Assembly (NCBI GenBank): GCA_001189165.1
Contig: LFCO01000001.1
Coordinates: 84,321-148,320 of the forward strand
DNA length: 64,000 nucleotides
Reading direction: 5' to 3'
From: Parcubacteria bacterium C7867-005
Lineage (GTDB): Bacteria; Patescibacteriota; Minisyncoccia; Phycocordibacterales; Zambryskibacteraceae
Part shown: positions 1 to 7,496 of the stretch, one piece after another
Layout of the letters: every line of letters starts with the position of its first letter
Numbering within the stretch: position 1 is the stretch's first letter
The notes under the pieces: model-generated
What the model was told of the DNA's origin: nothing
Database searches by the model: none
The model's input: the letters and a program-made list of their open reading frames with translations, nothing else
Program-made: the position numbers and the translations under genes

Positions 1-1176
1 ATCTATGTTCAATATATCTCCAATCAAATAAAGATTTTGGTATAGCCTTGAACGCATTGTCTTGAAGTCTACTTCATCTAAAACTACGCCCCCGCTTGAT
101 ATGACCGCCTTATCTATCCCCAGGAGTTTGTCTACCTGTATAGGTATGCTTTTTAATAAGTTTACTAGCGTGAGGCGCTCTTCGCGTTTGATGCTGTGGC
201 ATTTTGTTTCTGGTTTTATTTTCGAGAGTTCGACCAAGACCGGTACGATAGCAGAAGGGACCAGGTCAGAAAGTGCATTTTTGAAATCTTTTTTGTCATG
301 TTTCTTAAATAATTCTTGGAGCTTGTCATTCAGGGTTGAATAGTCTTCTTTGGGTAGTAAATCAAGGGACAGAAAAACTTCTCCGTATTTGAGTAGCTCA
401 CCTATATCTTTGCTCATGTTTAATATAGTTGGACCACTCAAGCCGAGGTGAGTGAATAGTACTTTACCCTTGGTTACACCCTGCTTCTCATTGTTTTGAA
501 GTAGAGTTATCTTTATATCAGAGATACTTTTACCCGAGAGTTTTTTAACCCATTTGTCTTTGGTTGATATGGGCACTAAAGATGGGGTTGGTTCTATGAC
601 TGCATGACCCAAATCGCTGAGCCACTTGTATCCATCTCCAGTTGAACCGGTTTCTGGCCTGGAGATGCCCCCAGTGGCGAGGATAAATGATCGTCCCAAG
701 ATTATCTTTTTATTCTTGAGCTTTACACCAATTAGGTTTTCTTTTTCTTTTATAAAATTAGATACGGGGGAGTCTGATGACACCGTGACCCCACCTTCCT
801 CCATGTACTGCACCAGCACGTCAAATACAGATTGTGCTTTGTTTGATGTGGGGAATGTCCGTAGTTCGTTCTCTACCTTTGTTTGCATACCTCTCTCGTG
901 GAAAAAATCCAAAGTTTCCTTGACTGACCACTTTGCAAATGCAGAGAAAAGAAACTTGTCATTGTCCTTGAATTTTTCTAGGAGTTTGCGGTTGTCGAAT
1001 TCAGAGTTGGTCACATTGCACCTGCCCCCACCGGTGATCAAGAGTTTTTTGCCCAGAGTGCTGTTCTTTTCAAGCAAAATGACTTTTAAACCTCTTGCAC
1101 CAGCTCTCCCAGCGGCCATCATGCCGGCCGGACCGCCACCTATGACCACTACATCCCATACCGTCTTTTCGTTCAT
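1..1176 (-). CDS. FAD-dependent flavoprotein, HI0933/BaiN (aminoacetone oxidase) family; 3' part runs off window start
   Basis: Minus-strand ATG at 1176. Translation MNEKTVWDVVVIGGGPAGMMAAGRAGARGLKVILLEKN.. shows a GxGxxG FAD-binding fold and TGGGRCNVTN, typical of the HI0933 family. The ORF is open to position 1 and is absent from the ORF track because it is truncated. Confidence 0.75.
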   Translation of the reverse strand, partial: MNEKTVWDVVVIGGGPAGMMAAGRAGARGLKVILLEKNSTLGKKLLITGGGRCNVTNSEFDNRKLLEKFKDNDKFLFSAFAKWSVKETLDFFHERGMQTKVENELRTFPTSNKAQSVFDVLVQYMEEGGVTVSSDSPVSNFIKEKENLIGVKLKNKKIILGRSFILATGGISRPETGSTGDGYKWLSDLGHAVIEPTPSLVPISTKDKWVKKLSGKSISDIKITLLQNNEKQGVTKGKVLFTHLGLSGPTILNMSKDIGELLKYGEVFLSLDLLPKEDYSTLNDKLQELFKKHDKKDFKNALSDLVPSAIVPVLVELSKIKPETKCHSIKREERLTLVNLLKSIPIQVDKLLGIDKAVISSGGVVLDEVDFKTMRSRLYQNLYLIGDILNID

Positions 1177-1256
1177 AGGGTCATCCTAGCAGAAAACCAG
1201 AGCAGGCTCTATAATATTCATATATTCGGATTTGATTTTATAAAATAATTATCACC

Positions 1257-2513
1257 ATGAAGCACATAAAAATATTCCTTTCCTTTGGTTTACTTGGACT
1301 GATCTTGTCTCTCACACTCCCACCACAAAATGGAGTTGTCGCTTCTACTAAATGTGATTTCTCCAGAGATTTAGAGCTCGGTGTCGAAGGTGAAGATGTC
1401 AGATGTCTTCAGAAATACTTGAACGAAGCCGGATTCACTATCTCCACTAGCGGAGTTGGTTCACCGGGCAAAGAAACCAACCAATACAAAGACCTAACCA
1501 AGAAAGCCATATCTGCATGGCAAGCAGCGAATGGTCTACCAGTCACGGGTTATTTCGGACCAGCATCAAAGAAAAAGTATTCGGAGGTACACGGCGGTTC
1601 ATCTGGGACCTCACAAATAAAATCCAATTCTGACTTGGCATCAAAGCAGGCAGAGTTAACAGCTCTCATGAATAAGTTGAAGGGCCTTCAAAATCTACAA
1701 GCTGACAAGCCGACAACTAAAACAGAAAGTACAACGATCAAAAGCACCACTTCAACTGTCGTATCAAACAAATCATCGAGCGATTCTATAAGGAAGGCTA
1801 TAGAGGGCATAAAAGATGCTGAAAAGCAGATCAAAAAAGCAGTTAAAGATGGTACCAGTATTGGTAGTGCCCAGGGCGACATAAACGATGCCAAGGAAGA
1901 TTTATTCGATGCGGTACTCGCATACTTTGATGGAGACTATAAAGAAGCTCAAGAATTTGGAGATAGGGCACTAGACAATTCACTTGATGCATTTGAGGAG
2001 GCTGGAGGAGAGACACAAGAGGATGAGGTCGAAGAGCTTATAGACGAAGTAGAGATCAAACTGGATAAAGCTGAAGACACCATAAACAAAGCTGATGACG
2101 ATGGTAAAAACGTAAACAAAGCCGAAGATCTGCTTGATGATGCGAGAGAGGCTTTGGATCAGGCTGGGGACAAGCTAGACGATGAGGAATATGAAGATGC
2201 AGAGAAACTCGCAGAAAAGGCAGAGGACCTCGCAGATGATGCAGTGGATGCCATAGACGAAGATGAGGATGATAAAGAAAATGCCAAAGATGCCATAGAC
2301 GATGCCAAGAAGGCTATAAATAAGGCCAAAGATGAGATAGATGAAGCAGATGATGATGGTGAGGATGTAGATGATGCAGAGGATCTCTTGGAGAAGGCTG
2401 AGGACAAGCTCGATAAGGCAGAAGAAGAGTACGATGATGAAAACTATGACGAAGCTAGGGATCTGGCACAGGACGCTGAGGACTTGGCGGATGATTCTGA
2501 GAAGTCACTCTAG
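1257..2513 (+). CDS. secreted protein with an N-terminal peptidoglycan-binding domain, Ser/Thr linker and acidic D/E/K tandem-repeat C-terminus
   Basis: Signal peptide MKHIKIFLSFGLLGLILSL. PG_binding_1-like segment VRCLQKYLNEAGF..AISAWQAANGLPVTGYFG. C-terminal half is about 45% D/E with two ~76-aa repeats (ADDDGKNVNKAEDLLDDA.. and ADDDGEDVDDAEDLLEKA..). Confidence 0.6.
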   Translation: MKHIKIFLSFGLLGLILSLTLPPQNGVVASTKCDFSRDLELGVEGEDVRCLQKYLNEAGFTISTSGVGSPGKETNQYKDLTKKAISAWQAANGLPVTGYFGPASKKKYSEVHGGSSGTSQIKSNSDLASKQAELTALMNKLKGLQNLQADKPTTKTESTTIKSTTSTVVSNKSSSDSIRKAIEGIKDAEKQIKKAVKDGTSIGSAQGDINDAKEDLFDAVLAYFDGDYKEAQEFGDRALDNSLDAFEEAGGETQEDEVEELIDEVEIKLDKAEDTINKADDDGKNVNKAEDLLDDAREALDQAGDKLDDEEYEDAEKLAEKAEDLADDAVDAIDEDEDDKENAKDAIDDAKKAINKAKDEIDEADDDGEDVDDAEDLLEKAEDKLDKAEEEYDDENYDEARDLAQDAEDLADDSEKSL

Positions 2514-2540
2514 TAAGAATGGGTCTATACTCTGGTATAA

Positions 2541-2909
2541 TTGAAAGTGACCAAATTAAATAATAAAAATATGCCCAAAGCTAAAGTTAAATCGAAAGCA
2601 AAACCAAAATCAAAAGTTGTAGTCAAAACAAAGCCAAAGGCAAAAGCGAAATCCAAACCAAAAGCGGGTTCCGCATTTATGAAGCCCCTCAAAGTAAGTA
2701 CTGACCTCGCGCTAGTAGTCGGCAAAGGGCCCATGCCTAGAACAGAAGTAGTGAAGAAACTTTGGGTTTATATCAAGAAGCACAACCTTCAAGATTCAAA
2801 AAACAAAAGAAACATCAATGCAGATGAAAATTTGAAGAAGATTTTCGCCGGCAAGAAAACAGTGAGTATGTTTGACATGACCAAGCTTGTTTCTAAACAC
2901 CTCTCTTAG
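2541..2909 (+). CDS. SWIB/MDM2-domain protein with a Lys/Ala-rich histone-H1-like N-terminal tail
   Basis: Tail PKAKVKSKAKPKSKVVVKTKPKAKAKSKPK followed by a SWIB signature (RTEVVKKLWVYIKKHNLQD..NINADENLKKIF..MFDMTKLVSKHL). Alternative start at 2571. Confidence 0.75.
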   Translation: MKVTKLNNKNMPKAKVKSKAKPKSKVVVKTKPKAKAKSKPKAGSAFMKPLKVSTDLALVVGKGPMPRTEVVKKLWVYIKKHNLQDSKNKRNINADENLKKIFAGKKTVSMFDMTKLVSKHLS

Positions 2910-2928
2910 CATACAAATCAAATAGTGG

Positions 2929-3378
2929 GTGTATAATGAGTATATGAATACTCAAATACAAGCCTTGTTAGACAAAGAAAATGTTGGTGTTTTAAGCGTA
3001 CTCTTACCAGACGGAAGTCCACATGTATCCGCGATGCATTATTCTTATTCTGCAGAACCATTTAGGATTTTTGTACAGACTGCACTACCGACAAACAAAA
3101 CTTGGCATTTCGAGAGAGATGGGGATACAGTCAAAGGCGCTTTTGTTGTCGGGTTGAGTGAAAATGACTGGGTAACTCTGCAGGTTCGTGGAGATGTTAG
3201 TTTGGTCAGAGATCCAGCTAGGTTAGAAGAGATCACCAAGATCCATTATGCCAAATTCCCTCACGCAGAAGAGTACAGAGACTCAGGTAATGTTTTTTTG
3301 GAGATAGTACCTAATTGGTCCAGATACTCTGACTTTAAAACAAAACCAAAAACCGTTATTCGTCATATAGGAGAGTAA
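2929..3378 (+). CDS. pyridoxamine 5'-phosphate oxidase-like FMN-binding split-barrel protein
   Basis: 149 aa; LDKENVGVLSVLLPDGSPHVSAMHYSY pattern typical of the PNPOx-like / general stress protein 26 family. Confidence 0.55.
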   Translation: MYNEYMNTQIQALLDKENVGVLSVLLPDGSPHVSAMHYSYSAEPFRIFVQTALPTNKTWHFERDGDTVKGAFVVGLSENDWVTLQVRGDVSLVRDPARLEEITKIHYAKFPHAEEYRDSGNVFLEIVPNWSRYSDFKTKPKTVIRHIGE

Positions 3379-3379
3379 T

Positions 3380-3775
3380 ATGTCTTACACTACCAACATT
3401 CAGAAGAGGGCTGGAGAGAATACAAACTTCAGACAGGTCCTTTTTACTGGAGGCAAGAGCCAGTTGGTGGTGATGGATATCCCCAGTGGAGGCGAGATAG
3501 GTGAAGAAATACACGAACACGTAGAACAGACCTTATTTTTTTGGAGTGGTACAGGTAAGGCAGTGATGGATGGTGTAGAGAGTACTATCAACCCAGGTGA
3601 TGTCTTTGTTGTGACTCCAGGCACTAAACATAATTTTATAAACACAGGTGCAGAATCTCTAAAGGTGTTCACTGTTTATGCTCCAGCTAACCATATAGAC
3701 AAGAGGATTCATGTGACCAAGGAAGATGCGGACAAAGATTTTGAGGATGAAGCCTTTGGAGAATCAATCAGATGA
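3380..3775 (+). CDS. cupin-domain protein
   Basis: 131 aa with a conserved-barrel motif pattern (GGEIGEEIHEHVEQTLFFWSGTG..PGDVFVVTPGTKHNFINTG). Confidence 0.55.
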   Translation: MSYTTNIQKRAGENTNFRQVLFTGGKSQLVVMDIPSGGEIGEEIHEHVEQTLFFWSGTGKAVMDGVESTINPGDVFVVTPGTKHNFINTGAESLKVFTVYAPANHIDKRIHVTKEDADKDFEDEAFGESIR

Positions 3776-4425
3776 TCGCTTCATTTCTCAGCTTAATAGA
3801 GAGTCTGTTCACGGCGTATGGTGCGGTAGGAGTGTTCCTCGCATCGATTATCGAAGAGGTGATAGCTCCCATACCTTCTTCTTTTGTGATCATGGGAGCG
3901 GCGTATTCCTTTTTTAGTGACATTGCATTTAGTGTGGGTACCTTTGGTCGATTGATTTATATGGTTATCATCCCAGCAGCACTTGGTGTAACCGTCGGAT
4001 CTTTTTTTGTTTATGGTTTAACTTATGCATTTGGTAAACCTTTTATAGAGAAGTTTGGTAAATACCTTGGTGTTTCCTGGACTGCAGTTGAAGCAGCTCA
4101 AGCTAAATTCACTGCAGGGTATACGGATGAGTTAATTCTATTTGGGATACGTGCTGTGCCTATCATCCCCAGTGTAGTAGTAAATGCACTTTGTGGGATT
4201 ATCCGACTACCCATAAAGCCATACATCATCTACACGTTTTTGGGCACATTAGTTCGAGCATCTATACTCGGACTCCTTGGCTGGCAGGTCGGTGCAGTAT
4301 ATAAAACTTGGGCCGAACAGATTCAGAAAGCTGAAGGATATATCGCTTCTGGATTGATCGTGGTTGTTTTGATTTATGTAGTTATTCGTCTTATTAAACA
4401 CAAAAAATATGAAAGGCTTTATTGA
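3772..4425 (+). CDS. DedA/VTT-family membrane protein
   Basis: Multi-TM, 217 aa, N-terminal YGAVGVFLASIIEEVIAPIPSS motif typical of DedA. Confidence 0.55.
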   Translation: MIASFLSLIESLFTAYGAVGVFLASIIEEVIAPIPSSFVIMGAAYSFFSDIAFSVGTFGRLIYMVIIPAALGVTVGSFFVYGLTYAFGKPFIEKFGKYLGVSWTAVEAAQAKFTAGYTDELILFGIRAVPIIPSVVVNALCGIIRLPIKPYIIYTFLGTLVRASILGLLGWQVGAVYKTWAEQIQKAEGYIASGLIVVVLIYVVIRLIKHKKYERLY

Positions 4426-4711
4426 TTTTATTCGAGAGCAGGGAGTAGTGGGACTCGCTGTCGGATTTATCCTCGGCGGTGCGGTGTCCAAGTTGGTATC
4501 AGCCATAGTGACAGACATTGTTAATCCGCTCCTAGGCCTTGCTCTGGGTTCTGTAGCCGGACTCAAAGAAGCTTATTTTGCCGTAGGGACAGCAAAGATT
4601 ATGTATGGCGATCTCTTGGCTGTGGCTATAGATTTTGTAGTCATTGCTCTCGTAGTTTACTTTGGTGTCAAAGCTCTCAAACTCGACCAACTCGACAAAC
4701 CAAAGATATAG
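4409..4711 (+). CDS. mscL: large-conductance mechanosensitive channel
   Basis: 100 aa; MKGFIDFIREQGVVGLAVGFILGGAVSKLVSAIVTDIVNP matches the MscL N-terminus and TM1. Confidence 0.8.
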   Translation: MKGFIDFIREQGVVGLAVGFILGGAVSKLVSAIVTDIVNPLLGLALGSVAGLKEAYFAVGTAKIMYGDLLAVAIDFVVIALVVYFGVKALKLDQLDKPKI

Positions 4712-4720
4712 GCAACACGC

Positions 4721-4779
4721 TTGACTTTTTGTATATTATGTGCTAGGGTCTCGAAGGAAGTAACAGGGTTCAAACCCTG
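4721..4779 (+). promoter_or_regulatory. promoter-like TTGACT-N17-TGcTAGGGT followed by a tRNA T-arm-like hairpin (cagggTTCAAACccctg); possible mscL terminator or tRNA 3' remnant
   Basis: TTGACT at 4721-4726 and an extended -10-like tgcTAGGGT at 4741-4749, the same architecture as the promoters at 21934 and 45318. Hairpin at 4764-4779 is followed by gcccccag and a T-rich run, immediately before the GC jump at about 4800. Confidence 0.3.
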
Positions 4780-4835
4780 GCCCCCAGGATTTACTTGGTT
4801 GGGTTTGGTCTTTCACACCATGGAGGAACAAGAAG

Positions 4836-5072
4836 ATGATTTGGGTATTCCTGTTCGAGTTGGCCATATGGATCTTCGTGCCACTCATCGTGGCAACGCA
4901 GGTCATCATCCCGCTTTGGCGGGGACGGCCGACATTCCCTCTGCTTCGGCGGAGGCCGCAGGTGATCGACAAGATCGATAGGGCTCGAAGTGAGGTCAAT
5001 GACGCCGAGCTCGAACTCGTCGCACGTCGTACGGAGAAGGAAGCCGAGAAGCTTCGCGGCAAGGTCCGCTAG
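4836..5072 (+). CDS. small single-TM plus coiled-coil protein (high GC), upstream partner of the SPFH protein
   Basis: 78 aa, MIWVFLFELAIWIFVPLIVATQVII then a charged helix. GGAGGA RBS 8 nt upstream. GC about 60%. Confidence 0.5.
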   Translation: MIWVFLFELAIWIFVPLIVATQVIIPLWRGRPTFPLLRRRPQVIDKIDRARSEVNDAELELVARRTEKEAEKLRGKVR

Positions 5073-5126
5073 GGAGCCGCAGGGTAGGATCAGTAGTTCA
5101 TCCAATCACCCGTAGGAAACCAGGAG

Positions 5127-6431
5127 ATGTTCATGTCCGCTTTTGGGGAAGTTCGTTCGGAGTGGGGGCTTCGCAAGATCGTACTTGCCGTCGCTTCCGG
5201 TTTCGGAGTCATCGCGCTCATCGTCTTCGGCAGCATGCTGCTCGAGAACAACGGCGCGAGCGAGATCATGGTGGTGCAGTCGCCGCTCAGCGGTGAGTTC
5301 ACCGTCTACAAGACCCCCGGTCTCAAGATGCAGGGTGGGGGCACGATCACGCGGTACAAGCTTCGCGATCAGTTCTGGTTCTCTTCCGACCCCAGCAGGG
5401 GCAGCGGAGAGGATCAGTCGATCGAGATCCGCTTCAACGACAACGGCAGGGCACGTCTCTCGGGTTCAATCTCATGGGAGATGCCCCTCTCCGACAGCGC
5501 CATCATCCAGCTCCATCGGCAGTACGGTAGCGCCGAGGCGATCCAGCACCAGCTCATCAGCACCGTGGTCGGCAAGTCGGTCTTCTTGACCGGTCCGCTC
5601 ATGTCTTCGACGGAGTCAAACTCCACGAAGCGCAACGATCTACTCTCGCTCATCATCGATCAGATCAATCACGGCGTCTACAAGACCGAAAGCCGTGAGA
5701 CACGTGTCCAGGACGAGATGACCGGCGTGACCAAGACCGTTCGTATCACAACGCTCGTTCCGAGCACGGTCGCGGCTGATCGCGGGTACGCTCGTCAGGA
5801 GGGATCCCCCCTGGATGAGTTCAACATCCGCACCTTCAATCTCGCCATCGACCAGATTCACTACGATTCGACGGTCGAGATGCAGATCAAGCAGCAGCAG
5901 ACCGCCATCATGCAGGTTCAGACCGCTCTCGCGCAGGCGAAGACCGCCGAACAGGCGGCCATCACTGCGGAGAAGAACGGTCAGGCCGAAGCGGCGAAGG
6001 CGCGATGGGAACAGGAAGTGATCAAGGCGAGAGAAGTCACCAGCGCGGAACAGCGTCGTGAAGTCGCTCGTCTCGATGCTGAAGCGGCAGACTTTCGCAA
6101 GTTGGCGAACATCCGCGACGGTGAAGGCGAGGCTCGCAAGCGCCAGCTCATCATGAACGCCGACGGCGCACTCAGTATGAAGCTGGAAGCCTTCGTCAAG
6201 GTGAACCAGTTCTACGCCACCGCAATCCAGGGATACACAGGCAACTGGGTTCCCTCGATCGTCATGGGTTCGAGTGGTGCGAGCAGTGCACCGGGATCCG
6301 GTGCCAACGGCCTCATCGACATGTTGATGGCCAGGACCGCAAGGGATCTGGCGCTCGACTTTCGGGCGGGCCTCGGCAACGATCCAGCGCGACCGCGGGC
6401 GGCAACACCAGCCCCCCGCAGTACTCCGTAG
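5127..6431 (+). CDS. SPFH/band-7 (flotillin/stomatin-like) membrane protein, high GC
   Basis: N-terminal TM (IVLAVASGFGVIALIVFGSML), SPFH-like core and a long Q/A/E-rich coiled coil (QIKQQQTAIMQVQTALAQAKTAEQAAITAEK). GC about 62% against a 40% backbone. Alternative start at 5133. Confidence 0.65.
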   Translation: MFMSAFGEVRSEWGLRKIVLAVASGFGVIALIVFGSMLLENNGASEIMVVQSPLSGEFTVYKTPGLKMQGGGTITRYKLRDQFWFSSDPSRGSGEDQSIEIRFNDNGRARLSGSISWEMPLSDSAIIQLHRQYGSAEAIQHQLISTVVGKSVFLTGPLMSSTESNSTKRNDLLSLIIDQINHGVYKTESRETRVQDEMTGVTKTVRITTLVPSTVAADRGYARQEGSPLDEFNIRTFNLAIDQIHYDSTVEMQIKQQQTAIMQVQTALAQAKTAEQAAITAEKNGQAEAAKARWEQEVIKAREVTSAEQRREVARLDAEAADFRKLANIRDGEGEARKRQLIMNADGALSMKLEAFVKVNQFYATAIQGYTGNWVPSIVMGSSGASSAPGSGANGLIDMLMARTARDLALDFRAGLGNDPARPRAATPAPRSTP

Positions 6432-6457
6432 TCGTCCTTCCGTGATGTAGGTAGTAA

Positions 6458-6495
6458 AGAGGTGGTAGCCATTGGCTGCCACCTCTATTTTGTAT
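6458..6495 (+). terminator. rho-independent terminator after the SPFH gene
   Basis: Hairpin agaggtggtagcc-attg-gctgccacctct followed by attttgtat. Confidence 0.55.
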
Positions 6496-6534
6496 ATACA
6501 GATCGATGTTTTGTGCTCTGGTGAGTTATCCACA

Positions 6535-6564
6535 TGGACAGGTGAACCATAGTTCACCTATACT
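6535..6564 (+). promoter_or_regulatory. SOS promoter with LexA (Cheo-type) box: TGGACA-N18-TATACT with AGGTGAAC-CATA-GTTCACCT in the spacer
   Basis: Perfect 8-bp inverted repeat containing GAAC-N4-GTTC at 6544-6555. -35 TGGACA at 6535-6540 and -10 TATACT at 6559-6564. Lies upstream of a small ORF and lexA. Confidence 0.7.
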
Positions 6565-6590
6565 AAATACAGTCAAATAAGAATAAAACC

Positions 6591-6797
6591 ATGAGCACAC
6601 AAAACGTAGAAAAAATATTGAGAAAGGAGTTAGAGACTTTGAATAACACCATCGACAAGAAGATCCTCAAAGGACTCTCTTATGCCAAAGAGGCGCGGGA
6701 ACACAAATACCTCTTGGCCAGATTACTTGAGAGGAAGAGAGCTTCCAGATTATCTTTCTTTAGTAAACTATCTTTCGTTCCCACATTCTTTCTATAA
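6591..6797 (+). CDS. small hypothetical protein between the LexA box and lexA (SOS-regulated candidate)
   Basis: 68-aa ORF with a charged N-terminus and hydrophobic C-terminus (RLSFFSKLSFVPTFFL); co-directional with lexA 10 nt downstream. Confidence 0.35.
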   Translation: MSTQNVEKILRKELETLNNTIDKKILKGLSYAKEAREHKYLLARLLERKRASRLSFFSKLSFVPTFFL

Positions 6798-6806
6798 GAT
6801 AGAGAT

Positions 6807-7373
6807 ATGAACGAAAGCCACAGGAACAAAATAGTTTCTTTCTATCAGAAAAATAAACGCATGCCCGGATATCAGGAGATCATGGGTTTGGTTGGTTTCA
6901 AGTCCAAAAATGCTGTTTATAAACTCATCAACAAACTCGTGGAAGAAGGTGTAGTTAACAAGGATTCAAGGGGCAAACTTACACCGAACAAACTTTTTGG
7001 AGAGATACCGATACTCGGTTTAGTTGAAGCGGGGTTTCCAACTTCTACTGACGAAGTTCTCACTGACACATTGTCCATAGATGATTATCTAGTCGAACAC
7101 AAAGAGGCGAGCTACTTACTCGAAGTAAAGGGGGACTCGATGATTGATGAGGGTATCAAAGAAGGGGACCTCGTACTTGTTGAACGTAAGGGAGAACCGA
7201 AAGATGGCGACATCGTAATCGCTGAAGTAGATGGCGGATGGACGATGAAATATTTCCGTAAAAGGGCAGGCAAAATATATCTCGAAGCAGCGAATAAAAA
7301 CTATAAACCAATTTATCCTAAATACGACTTCAGGGTAGCAGCAATAGTCAAAGGGGTGATTAGGAAGTACTAG
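6807..7373 (+). CDS. lexA: LexA repressor (S24 peptidase)
   Basis: N-terminal wHTH and C-terminal LLEVKGDSMIDEGIKEGDLVLV with Ser, plus a KYFRK Lys dyad. Confidence 0.85.
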   Translation: MNESHRNKIVSFYQKNKRMPGYQEIMGLVGFKSKNAVYKLINKLVEEGVVNKDSRGKLTPNKLFGEIPILGLVEAGFPTSTDEVLTDTLSIDDYLVEHKEASYLLEVKGDSMIDEGIKEGDLVLVERKGEPKDGDIVIAEVDGGWTMKYFRKRAGKIYLEAANKNYKPIYPKYDFRVAAIVKGVIRKY

Positions 7374-7413
7374 AAAAAACTCTGGGGGCTTGACTGTTAT
7401 TTATATTTATTTG

Positions 7414-7449
7414 TGGTATAATCAGACTAGATTGACACGAACGTGTCAA
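7414..7449 (+). promoter_or_regulatory. extended -10 promoter (TGgTATAAT) followed by the operator-like perfect palindrome TTGACACG-AA-CGTGTCAA
   Basis: TATAAT at 7417-7422 preceded by TGG. An 18-bp perfect inverted repeat at 7432-7449 lies between the promoter and the start of the high-GC protease gene; its half-site is shared with the repeats at 27630 and 40067. Confidence 0.45.
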
Positions 7450-7496
7450 ACGGATGGTTCTCTGACATTCAATCCAAACAAAGCGGAGGCACAGTT

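Noticed and set aside
62-1189. Plus-strand ORFs 62-343 and 626-1189
   Set aside because: Antisense to the well-supported minus-strand HI0933-family flavoprotein gene. The translations are low-complexity.
2159-2407. 82-aa Ser/Ala-rich minus-strand ORF
   Set aside because: Reverse-complement shadow of the GAx/GAT-rich acidic repeat region of the 1257-2513 gene.
4750-4775. SRP RNA domain IV-like GAAGGAAG motif
   Set aside because: Lacks the flanking conserved helix-8 pairing and the GNRA tetraloop context. Too short to support an ffs call.
4736-4790. Possible complete tRNA gene or tmRNA 3' end next to mscL
   Set aside because: Only a T-arm-like hairpin plus a 3' acceptor-like strand is present. 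No complementary 5' acceptor strand, D-arm or anticodon arm could be built upstream. Kept only as a possible remnant or terminator.
5640-6557. 305-aa minus-strand ORF, plus the ORFs at 5143-5589, 5815-6021, 5981-6199 and 6212-6472, overlapping the SPFH gene
   Set aside because: Antisense or overlapping ORFs with Arg/Ser/Pro-rich low-complexity translations. They are expected by chance in 60% GC DNA, where stop codons are rare. The SPFH frame has coherent domain architecture.
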